Shown here: in pieces, positions 9,311 to 19,055 of the stretch | Layout: each line of letters begins with the position of its first letter | Position numbering within the stretch: the stretch's first letter is position 1 | Assembly (NCBI GenBank): GCA_028278545.1 | Contig: JANQED010000128.1 | Span: 11,561-75,560, forward strand | From: Anaerolineales bacterium | GTDB lineage: Bacteria; Chloroflexota; Anaerolineae; Anaerolineales; UBA11858 | DNA: 64,000 bases | Direction: 5' to 3' | Notes under the pieces: generated by a model | Seen by the model: only the letters and a program-made list of their open reading frames with translations | Databases searched by the model: none | What the model was told of the DNA's origin: nothing | Made by a program: the position numbers and the translations under genes

Positions 9311-11569
9311 ATGAGCCGAATCACTCGTGAAGACGCCCTTGAATATCACCGTCTTAACGGTAAGCCGGGCAAAATTGCCATCCTGCCCACAAAGCCGCTG
9401 CATACCCAGCGCGATCTCTCTCTGGCCTATTCTCCCGGTGTGGCGATCCCCGTTTTGGAGATCGCCGATGACCCCAATCTCGCTTACGAGTACACCTCCA
9501 GAGGCAACCTAGTCGCGGTGGTCTCCAATGGTACCGCCATCCTGGGTTTGGGGGATCGGGGTGCCCTGGCCTCGAAGCCGGTCATGGAAGGCAAGGGCGT
9601 GCTCTTCAAAGCCTTTTCCGATATTGATGTGTTCGACATCGAGGTGGATACCCATGACCCTGATGAGCTGATCCGGGTGGTGGCGGCGATTGCGCCCACC
9701 TTTGGTGGTATCAATCTCGAAGATATCAAAGCCCCAGAGTGCTTCTACATCGAGGAGACGCTGAAAGAGATGCTGGACATCCCCGTTTTCCACGATGATC
9801 AGCACGGCACGGCGATCATCTCTTCAGCGGGCTTGTTGAACAGTTTGGAGATCGTTGGCAAAGATATCAGCGAAATCAGGATCGCCATCTCCGGGGCGGG
9901 CGCTTCGGCGATCTCCTGCGCAGACCTGGCGGTTCAGTTGGGCGTGAAACGTGAGAACATCTTGATGGTGGACAGCCGCGGCGTGATTTACAAAGGACGG
10001 GAGGGGCTGAATAAGTACAAAGAGCGCTTTGCCCCCGAGACGGATGCCCGCACCCTGGCGGATGCGGTGCGCGGCGCTGATGTGTTCTACGGCCTCTCTG
10101 TGGCCGATGTGCTCACGCCTGAGATGGTCAAGACCATGGCCGAACAGCCGATCATCTTCGCCATGGCGAACCCTGATCCCGAGATCAAATATGAGTTGGC
10201 CAAGGAAGTCCGCCCCGATGCCATTGTGGCGACTGGCCGTTCGGATTATCCCAACCAGGTCAACAATGTCCTGGGCTTCCCCTTCATTTTCCGGGGGGCG
10301 CTGGATGTGCGCGCCAGCGCCATCAACGATGAGATGAAACTGGCCGCTGCTCATTCCCTGGCTGCCCTGACCAAAGAGGATGTGCCGGACAGTGTGTTAC
10401 GTGCGTACAACGTCGATAGTATGAAGCTGGGGCCGGAATATATCATCCCCAAACCGCTGGACGCGCGCGTATTGATCTGGGAGGCTCCCGCGGTGGCTAA
10501 AGCGGCCATGGAAACGGGGGTTGCCCGCAGGGAGATCGATCTCGATGAGTATCGCGAACAGCTCGCTTACCGACAGGGGATGGGCCAGCGGGTGCGCCAC
10601 TTCATCATGAACAAAGCCAAAGCCGCTTCACCGAAGAAGCGCGTCGTCTTCGCAGAGGGCGAGGAGGACAAGATCATGCGCGCCGCTGCCCAGGTGGAAG
10701 AAGAGGGCATCGGCATCCCAATTCTGGTCGGCCGTCCTGAGATCATTCAGGAGAGAGTCGAGGCTTTGGGGTTGCGCTGCTGCCCTCAGATTGTCAATCC
10801 CCGCACGTTCGATCGCCTGGATGAATATGCCCAGGCTTTCTATGAACTGCGCCAGCGCAAGGGAGTCACCACCGGTGATGCGGCTGATCTGATAAAGGAG
10901 CCTAATGTCTTTGGCCCGATGATGGTCAAAATGGGTGATGCGGATGCCTTCGTTTCCGGCCTGACTTACCAGTACCCCGAAGTTTTGCGCCCGGCGTTGC
11001 AGATTCACCACACCCGCCCCGGCGCAGACAAAGCCGCCGCCGCATATATCATGGTGGTGGACGACCGGGTGTACATCTTTGCCGATGCAACCGTGAACAT
11101 CGAGCCATCTCCCGACGATCTGGCGGAGATCGCCTGCCTGGCGGCGGATTTAGCGCAGCAGTTGGAAATAGAACCGCGCGTCGCGCTGCTTTCCTTCTCC
11201 AATTTCGGTAGCACGCCGCATCCTTTGACGGCCAAGATGCAAAAGGCGCTGAAGTTGATCCGCGCCAAGAACCCCGGTCTGGTGGTCGATGGTGAGATGC
11301 AGGCTGATACAGCGGTGGTCCCCGAGATCATCGACGAGCGTTTCCCCTTCAGCCAGGTGAAGGATGCCAACGTGCTCATCTTCCCCTCGCTGGAAGCCGC
11401 CAATGTGGCTTATAAGCTGTTGGCTCGCCTTGGTGGGGCGATGGCGATTGGCCCCATCCTGCTCGGTGTTGGCGCTTCCGTGCATGTTTTGCAGACTGGC
11501 GACGAGGTGCGCGATATCGTCAATATTGCCGGCGTGGCCGTCATGGATGCTCTGAGTCGGGAAGAATAA
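9311..11569 (+). CDS. maeB: NADP-dependent malic enzyme with phosphotransacetylase-like domain
   Basis: [51 protein letters not shown]; C-terminal PTA domain with DGEMQAD. Confidence 0.96.
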   Translation: MSRITREDALEYHRLNGKPGKIAILPTKPLHTQRDLSLAYSPGVAIPVLEIADDPNLAYEYTSRGNLVAVVSNGTAILGLGDRGALASKPVMEGKGVLFKAFSDIDVFDIEVDTHDPDELIRVVAAIAPTFGGINLEDIKAPECFYIEETLKEMLDIPVFHDDQHGTAIISSAGLLNSLEIVGKDISEIRIAISGAGASAISCADLAVQLGVKRENILMVDSRGVIYKGREGLNKYKERFAPETDARTLADAVRGADVFYGLSVADVLTPEMVKTMAEQPIIFAMANPDPEIKYELAKEVRPDAIVATGRSDYPNQVNNVLGFPFIFRGALDVRASAINDEMKLAAAHSLAALTKEDVPDSVLRAYNVDSMKLGPEYIIPKPLDARVLIWEAPAVAKAAMETGVARREIDLDEYREQLAYRQGMGQRVRHFIMNKAKAASPKKRVVFAEGEEDKIMRAAAQVEEEGIGIPILVGRPEIIQERVEALGLRCCPQIVNPRTFDRLDEYAQAFYELRQRKGVTTGDAADLIKEPNVFGPMMVKMGDADAFVSGLTYQYPEVLRPALQIHHTRPGADKAAAAYIMVVDDRVYIFADATVNIEPSPDDLAEIACLAADLAQQLEIEPRVALLSFSNFGSTPHPLTAKMQKALKLIRAKNPGLVVDGEMQADTAVVPEIIDERFPFSQVKDANVLIFPSLEAANVAYKLLARLGGAMAIGPILLGVGASVHVLQTGDEVRDIVNIAGVAVMDALSREE

Positions 11570-11590
11570 ACCGTGTTAGGTATTTGAGCA

Positions 11591-11632
11591 AGGAACCGTG
11601 TTCCGCTCTTCGGGCGCGGGGACGCGGTTCCT
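11591..11632. repeat. Intergenic palindrome (REP-like or terminator)
   Basis: AGGAACCGTGTTCCGC...GCGGGGACGCGGTTCCT long imperfect stem after the maeB stop. Confidence 0.45.
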
Positions 11633-11739
11633 GCATTTATGGTAGGATTCGGGGGTGCAAAAGCCAATATTCCTGTTATCCGTGTCCAATCTTCCTATCG
11701 ATTTACTGAGGAACAGCGTTTTGTGGTGGAGGGTAGATT

Positions 11740-12234
11740 TTGACTGACGTAACCCGGATTTGTTTCGTTTGTTTAGGCAATATCGTGCGCAGCCCGCTGG
11801 CGGAGAATATGTTCCGTCATCTGGCCGAGCAGGCCAAACTTGCCCATAAGTATGACGTCGATTCGGCGGGCACCTCGTCCTGGCATGTAGGCGAAAAACC
11901 AGACCGACGCATGAGGCGGGTCGCTGCCGGCCATGGTTTCAGCTATTCTGGCCGAGCGCGGCAGTTCAAGCGCGACGACTTCGAGAAGTTTGACTTGGTC
12001 ATCGCCATGGACTCGGATAACCGCTCGAATCTATCACGGCTGGCGCGCACCGAGGGGGAGAGGGCCAAGATCCACCTGATGCGCGAATTCGATCCTCAGG
12101 GAAACCCCACCGCGCCGGTCCCCGATCCTTATTATGGTGGCATCGATGGCTTTGAGGAAGCCTTCCAAATCGTCAAACGCTCGTGCCAGGGGTTGTTGGA
12201 TGCCCTGGAGGACGGACAGGTATTGAAAAAGTAG
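11740..12234 (+). CDS. Low-molecular-weight protein-tyrosine phosphatase
   Basis: P-loop FVCLGNIVRSP, DSAGT, VPDPYYG. Confidence 0.93.
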   Translation: MTDVTRICFVCLGNIVRSPLAENMFRHLAEQAKLAHKYDVDSAGTSSWHVGEKPDRRMRRVAAGHGFSYSGRARQFKRDDFEKFDLVIAMDSDNRSNLSRLARTEGERAKIHLMREFDPQGNPTAPVPDPYYGGIDGFEEAFQIVKRSCQGLLDALEDGQVLKK

Positions 12235-12306
12235 GCCGGGCAAATAAGGTTGCCCACTTGCTACTTGTCTACTTGTTTCCTTTATTCCCACGTATCCCCT
12301 CCCCCG

Positions 12307-13158
12307 ATGATCCCAGAACCTGTTCAAACCTGGCTAACTGAAAATGGATATGGCAGGGTGGCTTCTTCCCATGCTGTTGGCGGCGGCTGCATCAATAACG
12401 GCATGATGCTGGAAACCACATCGGGGAGCTCCTTTTTCCTGAAGACCAATCGCAGCACGCCCCCGGATATGTTTGCCAGAGAAATGGACGGGCTGTTGGC
12501 CTTACAGGTGGAAGGTGGCCCTGTTGTCCCTCAGCCATATCTCTATGGGAATAACTTCATCTTGATGGAGGACTTATCTCCCGCCCCGCCTTACAGCGAC
12601 TACTGGCCTGAATTCGGTCGCCGCTTGGCGGCGCTGCATCTTCACACCAACGCACAGTTTGGTTTTGCCCATGATAACTACATTGGCAGCACCCCTCAGC
12701 CCAACGCATGGACGGATGACGGCTATGCCTTCTTCGCCGAGCGGCGTTTTTCTTATATGACCCGCCTGGCTCGCGAGCGCGGCCTCATCGGCGCGGGAGA
12801 TGCCGGCGCGGTGGAGCATCTCGCTACCAAGTTGCCTGATCTGATCCCTGCGCAACCGGCAGCGCTCATTCATGGGGATTTGTGGAGCGGTAACGCCATC
12901 TCGGATTCCCTCGGTGCCCCGGCGATCATTGATCCGGCGGCGCATTTCGGTTGGGCCGAAGCCGAGTTGGCCATGACGACATTGTTTGGCTCTTTCCCCC
13001 CGGCCTTCTACCAGGCTTATGAAGAAGTGCGCCCCTTGGAGCCAGGTTACCGTTCTCGTTTTCCTATCTATAACCTCTATCACCTGCTTAATCATCTCAA
13101 CATCTTTGGACGCAGCTACTTGTGGCAGGTACAATCGATCATCCGCCAATTTGCCTGA
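12307..13158 (+). CDS. Fructosamine/ketosamine-3-kinase family protein
   Basis: VGGGCIN, FGFAHDNYIGSTPQ, LIHGDLWSGN, IDPA, LYHLLNHLN. Start moved to the ATG at 12307 because the upstream extension is repeat-derived. Confidence 0.92.
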   Translation: MIPEPVQTWLTENGYGRVASSHAVGGGCINNGMMLETTSGSSFFLKTNRSTPPDMFAREMDGLLALQVEGGPVVPQPYLYGNNFILMEDLSPAPPYSDYWPEFGRRLAALHLHTNAQFGFAHDNYIGSTPQPNAWTDDGYAFFAERRFSYMTRLARERGLIGAGDAGAVEHLATKLPDLIPAQPAALIHGDLWSGNAISDSLGAPAIIDPAAHFGWAEAELAMTTLFGSFPPAFYQAYEEVRPLEPGYRSRFPIYNLYHLLNHLNIFGRSYLWQVQSIIRQFA

Positions 13159-13218
13159 ATTCCCCACTCGTCCGCGTTTGCCAATGGCCCGCCTTTGGTG
13201 CTCGTGGTTTGGATCAAT

Positions 13219-14406
13219 ATGTCAATAAACGCCATTCGCTTCGAACACATCCAGGTCAAAGATCTGCATGAATTTGCCGAACGAGTTTTGGGGAACTCGA
13301 AAAAAGGTCAATTCGTGCCCATCACCCTGCAGCGTGCCATTGCTCATGCCAACAACCCCTACGCGTCCAAAAATGATGTTGGCCTGTTGGTGGCTATCGA
13401 TGAAGATGACGAAGTGGTGGGCTATTTCGGTATTTTGCCCCTGCTGCTGCGCAACGGGGATGATTATTTCAAAGTCAACTGGTTCACCACCTGGTCGGTG
13501 TCCTCCAAAGTGCGCGGGATGGGAGTCGGCGCCCAGCTCATGAGCGAGGCGCTCGGCCTCAATCAGGATTACTTGATCGTGGGCAGCGTCCATGCCCGGC
13601 GGGTGTGCCGCAAATATGGCTTCTGGGAGCGCCAGCCCCTGACCTATTTTTGGCTGGACACCACGGGTATGGGACATCTCAACCCACTGGTCTGGCTGCG
13701 GCGCGGCTATCGCAAGCTGATGTACCTGTTGCGGATTCGCAGGGAAGTCAAATTGAAGACTCCCTTCATTGAACGCCTGGACGGTTGGGTTGGGCCGGTT
13801 CTAAAGAGATTCTTCTATCTCCTGATCAGCGGCCCCCAAAGCAAAGTTTTAGCGAATATCCGCTTTCGGGAAGTGGACCGTATCCAAAGGGAACCGGCGG
13901 CGCAGGCCCACCGCTCGTCGGTCGAACTGCACCGCGGGGTGGATGCGGTCAATTGGATGCTCCAATACCCCTGGGTGGTCGAGTCTGGTCATTCCATCAC
14001 CGAGGAGATGGATTATTTCTTCAGCGATGCCCGCCCGATGTATCGCCTCATTGCTGTGGAAGTCGCCTCTCCCGAGGATGAATACAAGGGCTTTGTGGTT
14101 TTCTCGATCACCCAAAAGGGCCATAAGTTCATGCTGAAGACTTTGGATTACCACTTTGCTAATCCCTCCGATCGACGCTATGTGCTGGCTTTGGCGGTAC
14201 ACTACGGGCGCGATTTTCTGGCGGATACCATCGAAATCCCGCAGGAAGTTGCTGGGGATTTGCGTCCCCGTCTGATTGCTAAACTGCTTTTGCACAAGAA
14301 AGAACGCATCTATCAATGCAAGCCCAGGGATGATCACAGTCCCCTGGCGCAATGTTGGGAAGATATCACCCTGAAACTCGTCGATGGCGATATGGCCTTT
14401 TCATGA
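13219..14406 (+). CDS. GNAT-family N-acetyltransferase domain protein
   Basis: VVGYFGILP...WSVSSKVRGMGVGAQLM (GNAT motif A); long C-terminal region of unknown fold. Confidence 0.65.
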   Translation: MSINAIRFEHIQVKDLHEFAERVLGNSKKGQFVPITLQRAIAHANNPYASKNDVGLLVAIDEDDEVVGYFGILPLLLRNGDDYFKVNWFTTWSVSSKVRGMGVGAQLMSEALGLNQDYLIVGSVHARRVCRKYGFWERQPLTYFWLDTTGMGHLNPLVWLRRGYRKLMYLLRIRREVKLKTPFIERLDGWVGPVLKRFFYLLISGPQSKVLANIRFREVDRIQREPAAQAHRSSVELHRGVDAVNWMLQYPWVVESGHSITEEMDYFFSDARPMYRLIAVEVASPEDEYKGFVVFSITQKGHKFMLKTLDYHFANPSDRRYVLALAVHYGRDFLADTIEIPQEVAGDLRPRLIAKLLLHKKERIYQCKPRDDHSPLAQCWEDITLKLVDGDMAFS

Positions 14407-14574
14407 GCGCTTGCCGTGGGCCTAAGTGATAGTGGCTTTAGAAGCTGCTACAAGCTCCAATTTTGCCCATCTGGCTGAGGAATCCGGCGTCCTGACGTCG
14501 GGGTTGCGGCTAAAGCAACTTATACGAGAAAATCTCGCGAGTCTTTATCAAACAATTATTTTTAAGCAGAAGTG

Positions 14575-15606
14575 ATGAAGAAAATCCTTACCTGGTTGCT
14601 TGAGAGATTAGCCAGATTAATCCCTCTTTGGCTCTATCCTTTGTTCGTGCGCAGAGCAAGCATCGATTTCTTCTACCATGCGGTCTCTGATGAGCCCATG
14701 GAGCATGCCCGTCACCTCTATCCCGTCGTCCCGGTGGCGCAATTCGAAGAGGCCCTGCTTTTTCTCAAGGAGCGCTATCAATTTATTTCCTACGCCCGCC
14801 TCCATGCCGCCCGTATCAGCGGGGAAGCGCTGCCTGCCAATGCTGTTCACCTCTCTTTTGACGATGGTTTTCAGGAATGTTTTTCAGTAGTGCGGCCGAT
14901 CTTGATGGACTATTCAATCCCCTGCACCTTCTTCCTCACCACCGATTGGATTGATAACCGCGCCATGTTTTATCGCAACAAAATATCCTTGTGCATCGAC
15001 CGTCTCAGGGCCGATCCCTCGACGCTGCCCAGGCTGGGCTCGTTGACGCCCGGCGACCTGACACTGGAAGCGACGATCGGATGGCTGAAAGAGCTGCGCC
15101 TGCCGGATGAAGATGTAATTAACCAGGTTTGCCGCCAATTGGCTGTGGATTGGGAGAAATTCCTCTGTGAAAGCCAACCCTACCTGACCACTTCACAGGT
15201 TCAGCAGATGACCGCCGAAGGGTTTACCATCGGTGCGCATACCAAAACCCACCGCAAGCTGAGAGATTTGTCGGATGCCGAGATCGAGGAAGAGATTGTC
15301 GAATCTTGCCGGGAAGTCCAGGGGATCACCGGCCAGGAGATCGTGCCTTTTTCCTTCCCCCATTCGGCCTTCGGCATTGACCGCGGTTTGTTGTTCTCAA
15401 TTCGGGTGCGCTATCCCTTTGTTGGCTTGTTGTTCGATACCAAGGGGGTCAGGAAAGATGATAGCTTCATGGTCAACCGCGTCTGGGCCGAGCGGCCGCT
15501 GACACCCGAACGTGTACTACATCCCTTGCCTCAAGTGCTGCACAATGCCTACCAGGAAGCCTGGGTGGATGAAGTAATGGGGCTAGCCAGGAGAATCAAG
15601 ACCTAA
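14575..15606 (+). CDS. Polysaccharide deacetylase family protein (CE4)
   Basis: FYHAV, LSFDDGF, TFFL, IGAHTKTH, FSFP motifs. Confidence 0.88.
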   Translation: MKKILTWLLERLARLIPLWLYPLFVRRASIDFFYHAVSDEPMEHARHLYPVVPVAQFEEALLFLKERYQFISYARLHAARISGEALPANAVHLSFDDGFQECFSVVRPILMDYSIPCTFFLTTDWIDNRAMFYRNKISLCIDRLRADPSTLPRLGSLTPGDLTLEATIGWLKELRLPDEDVINQVCRQLAVDWEKFLCESQPYLTTSQVQQMTAEGFTIGAHTKTHRKLRDLSDAEIEEEIVESCREVQGITGQEIVPFSFPHSAFGIDRGLLFSIRVRYPFVGLLFDTKGVRKDDSFMVNRVWAERPLTPERVLHPLPQVLHNAYQEAWVDEVMGLARRIKT

Positions 15607-15808
15607 ACCCGCTTTGACCCAAGCTGGTAATCATCGTCCGGTTTATTGGCAATCCTTATCTTCCCAGGGCTAATTGGACGAAAACGAACCTGTGATGTGA
15701 AATAGTTCTTTAATAGGGCTTAACCCAAATTTGTGAAATCCTATATCTACCTGGCGGGCGATCTTCGGTAGAATGTTGATTACTGGTAAGGCGGAGCGCA
15801 TTTCATTG

Positions 15809-16816
15809 ATGCAGACAATCCACAAAGCTCACAATTCTCCCTCATCTTCCCATGGTATTTTGCTCTTAAACACCGGTACGCCGGACGCGCCAACGCCCTC
15901 AGGGGTGCGCAGGTTCCTGGCTCAAATGCTCTCAGACCGGCGGGTGATCGATTATCCACGCTGGTTGTGGTTGCCGTTGCTTTATGGGGTAATCCTGAAC
16001 GTCAGGCCACAGCGCTCTGCGCGGCTGTATCAACGTATTTGGAGCCCCGATGGCTCCCCCTTACTCACGCTGACCCGCAGTTTATGCGACAAATTGCGGG
16101 CAGCACTGGCAGCACATTCCTTAGGGTCGGTACATGTTGAGTTTGCCATGCGTTATGGCAATCCATCCATTCCCGACGTTTTGGCCTTATTTCAGCGATC
16201 TGGGATTGAGCGTTTTGTCATCCTGCCGCTTTTCCCGCAGTATTCAGGCACCACAACCGGCACCATCCTTGAGCAGGTTTTTGAAACCTTTGATTCTTGG
16301 CGCTGGATGCCTGAGATCAGAGTCATCAACGATTATCACGATCATCCCGCGTATATTAATGCCCTGGTTGAAAGCATTTGTTCTAGTCAGAATGACCACG
16401 CTGGAAAATGGTTGTTCTCTTTTCATGGGATTCCCCAACGATATGTGAGGGCTGGTGATCCTTATCCTGCCCAGTGCCAGCGGACAGCTTCCCTTATGGC
16501 GGAGAAACTTGGCCTGGAACCGGAGCGGTGGCAGGTGGCCTTTCAGTCTCGTTTTGGCCCCGAGGAGTGGACTCAGCCGTATACTGATCGGGTATTGGGG
16601 TCTTGGGGAGAAGCTGGAGTGTCCGGCTTAAGGGTGATTTGCCCCGGCTTTGCGGTGGATTGCTTGGAAACGTTGGATGAAATAAACCATGAAGGACGAA
16701 GGACTTTTCAGAACTCGGGTGGTGGGGCTTTTGAGTACGTTCCCGCTCTGAACGACACTACCGGTCATGTCCAGGCGTTGACGGAGATCATCCTTCAATC
16801 GGGAAACAATCTCTGA
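15809..16816 (+). CDS. hemH: Ferrochelatase
   Basis: LLNTGTP, FAMRYGNPSI, PLFPQYS, FSFHGIP, FQSRFGP, PGFAVDCLETLDEI. Start could be 15773. Confidence 0.95.
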   Translation: MQTIHKAHNSPSSSHGILLLNTGTPDAPTPSGVRRFLAQMLSDRRVIDYPRWLWLPLLYGVILNVRPQRSARLYQRIWSPDGSPLLTLTRSLCDKLRAALAAHSLGSVHVEFAMRYGNPSIPDVLALFQRSGIERFVILPLFPQYSGTTTGTILEQVFETFDSWRWMPEIRVINDYHDHPAYINALVESICSSQNDHAGKWLFSFHGIPQRYVRAGDPYPAQCQRTASLMAEKLGLEPERWQVAFQSRFGPEEWTQPYTDRVLGSWGEAGVSGLRVICPGFAVDCLETLDEINHEGRRTFQNSGGGAFEYVPALNDTTGHVQALTEIILQSGNNL

Positions 16817-16957
16817 TTGCCTGAAAAGCCTTTAAAGGGGGTGAATCTAGGGGCATATCGTTGGGTAGGGGGGTGATTAAGCTCGATTCGCCTAATTTCT
16901 TCTCTTCAGTAGGCGAAAACCTGCATTGCAAAGAGCTATCAAATCGGACAATTTCAC

Positions 16958-16986
16958 TTGCATTTTAGCGAGATTTCGTATATACT
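16958..16986 (+). promoter_or_regulatory. Sigma70-type promoter of the dcw cluster
   Basis: TTGCAT-N17-TATACT upstream of mraZ. Confidence 0.75.
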
Positions 16987-16995
16987 GTGTTCAAT

Positions 16996-17031
16996 TATGG
17001 GGCAAAGTGGATTAAAGTGGTATAAAATGGG
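16996..17031 (+). promoter_or_regulatory. MraZ binding repeats
   Basis: TGG recurs four times at a 10-nt period (ATGG-GGCAAAGTGG-ATTAAAGTGG-TATAAAATGG) just downstream of the -10, as known for mraZ promoters. Confidence 0.8.
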
Positions 17032-17082
17032 TGCCGACGCCGGGTCTTCCGGCGTTCTGCTCTTAACAATGGTATAGAACAT

Positions 17083-17511
17083 ATGTTTCTTGGACAGTAC
17101 CGCCACACGCTTGATGAGAAAGGCCGTTTGACGATCCCGGCACGCTTTCGCGCGGGATTGTCGGGAGGAGCATACCTGACTCAGGGCTTTGATCATAACT
17201 TGCGCTTGCTGACCGAGACAGCGTTTGGAGCGATCTACGAAAGACTCAGCCAAATGAAAACCACTGATCCCACCGCCCGTGAGTTACGCCGACTCATTTT
17301 CGCTACCGCCACCCAGGTCGAGCTTGATCGGGTGGGGCGGATACTCATTCCTCAGTTTCTGCGTGACGTCGCCAGCCTAGAGAGTGATGCTGTCATCGTT
17401 GGTGTTGGTGAAGCGATCGAAGTATGGTCTACAGCAGCCTGGGAGGGGCAAGTTACACGATTGGGTGATGTGGACGCCAATTCCCAGCGATTTGCGGAGT
17501 TAGACCTGTAA
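17083..17511 (+). CDS. mraZ: Transcriptional regulator MraZ
   Basis: MFLGQYRHTLDEKGRLTIP and LDRVGRILIP repeats. Confidence 0.97.
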   Translation: MFLGQYRHTLDEKGRLTIPARFRAGLSGGAYLTQGFDHNLRLLTETAFGAIYERLSQMKTTDPTARELRRLIFATATQVELDRVGRILIPQFLRDVASLESDAVIVGVGEAIEVWSTAAWEGQVTRLGDVDANSQRFAELDL

Positions 17512-17566
17512 CGGGCGATGATCGATCGGTTGATCGGACGATTGAAATTGCCCGAACGATGCTGTC

Positions 17567-18478
17567 ATGCACGAACCTGTACTTTACCAAGAAATTATAC
17601 ACGCATTATGCCCCCATGACGGCAATTTCTATGTCGATGGTACGGTAGGCTCAGGCGGCCATGCCTGGGGGATTCTAGAGGCCAGTTCACCCCATGGCAA
17701 ATTATTAGGGCTGGATTTAGATCCCCAGGCGTTGGATCTTGCCAGAGAAAGGTTGTCGCCTTTTGACGATCGCGTGACTTTGGTGCGAGCATCCTACACG
17801 ACGTTAGGCGTGCAGCTCGAAGCCCTGGGCTGGGATTCTGTTCAGGGCATCCTGCTTGACCTGGGTGTCTCCTCCATGCAGCTCGATTCGCCAGAGCGTG
17901 GCTTTTCCTTTCGCTCGGATGGGCCACTAGACATGCGCTTTAACCCTCAGGCTGAGATGAATGCATCGGATTTGGTCAATGAGTTGCCTGAGGGCGAGTT
18001 GGCGAACTTGATCTACCGTTTTGGGGAAGAACGACATTCCCGGCAAGTGGCGCGGGCCATTGTGTCTGCCCGGCCATTGCATACTACTGGAGAACTAAAA
18101 GAGGTTGTTTCAAAGGCAGTAGGCAGAAAGCAATCTCGAGTTCACCCGGCGACGCGCACGTTTCAGGCACTGCGCATCGCTACGAATAAAGAATTGGAAG
18201 CAGTAAAAGATGTCTTGCCTGAAGCGGTGGCCGCGTTGTCCCCCGGTGGCCGCTTGGCAGTGATTTCCTTCCATTCGTTGGAAGATCGGATCGTGAAACA
18301 CTTCTTCAGACAGGAGAGTGTGGATTGTATATGCCCGCCCGAGCAACCGCTTTGCACGTGCGGTCATCGGGCCACATTGAAGTTGATCACTCGTAAACCG
18401 CTCCGGCCCGGGCAAGCCGAAATCGATGCTAATCCTCGAGCACGGAGCGCCCGTCTCAGGGTGGTCGAAAAGTTGTAA
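17567..18478 (+). CDS. rsmH: 16S rRNA m4C1402 methyltransferase
   Basis: HEPVL, DGTVGSGGH, DLGVSSMQLD, HPATRTFQALRI, ISFHSLEDRIVK, NPRARSARLR. Confidence 0.98.
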   Translation: MHEPVLYQEIIHALCPHDGNFYVDGTVGSGGHAWGILEASSPHGKLLGLDLDPQALDLARERLSPFDDRVTLVRASYTTLGVQLEALGWDSVQGILLDLGVSSMQLDSPERGFSFRSDGPLDMRFNPQAEMNASDLVNELPEGELANLIYRFGEERHSRQVARAIVSARPLHTTGELKEVVSKAVGRKQSRVHPATRTFQALRIATNKELEAVKDVLPEAVAALSPGGRLAVISFHSLEDRIVKHFFRQESVDCICPPEQPLCTCGHRATLKLITRKPLRPGQAEIDANPRARSARLRVVEKL

Positions 18479-18575
18479 GCGGGCATGAGACTTGCAAGGT
18501 AAATAACGAGTTTTTTACTGGTAAATTGATGCTCGTGCACAAAGCGCAATTTGCTGAAAACTGTCTAAAATAACG

Positions 18576-19055
18576 ATGGATCGTGTACTCGATTTCACTC
18601 AGGCTTATTCACAAACCCCTTGGCGAAAGCAAGTTCAAGGGATTGGTATCTTTTTAATTGCGCTGGTCGTGATGCTCATGGCTGCCAGTGTTTTCGTTAG
18701 TGTTACCGCCCAAACAGCAGCCTTAGGCAAGGAAATCCAACGATATCGCCAAAACATCGAAACCTTGGAGTTCGAGATTGCTAATATGGAATCCCAATTG
18801 GCTATATTGACTTCGACATCCGTGATGAAACGACGCGCCATAGAGCTGGGGTTCCGTTCGGCTACGTCCGAAGAGATTACTTATATCAACGTGCCTGGGT
18901 ACACGGGCCGCGATCATATCGAGTTGGCTGAACCAGCCCAGCCCGTCGTAAGCACTACATTAGTTCTATCCCCTAGATACACGCAGTCATGGGTAGATTG
19001 GCTGTCCCAGCAATTTCGGGCTCCGCTTATCCCCCTGGCAGAAGTAGAACCATGA
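18576..19055 (+). CDS. FtsL-like cell division protein
   Basis: Single TM followed by coiled coil ending RAIELGF; position between rsmH and the PBP. Confidence 0.65.
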   Translation: MDRVLDFTQAYSQTPWRKQVQGIGIFLIALVVMLMAASVFVSVTAQTAALGKEIQRYRQNIETLEFEIANMESQLAILTSTSVMKRRAIELGFRSATSEEITYINVPGYTGRDHIELAEPAQPVVSTTLVLSPRYTQSWVDWLSQQFRAPLIPLAEVEP

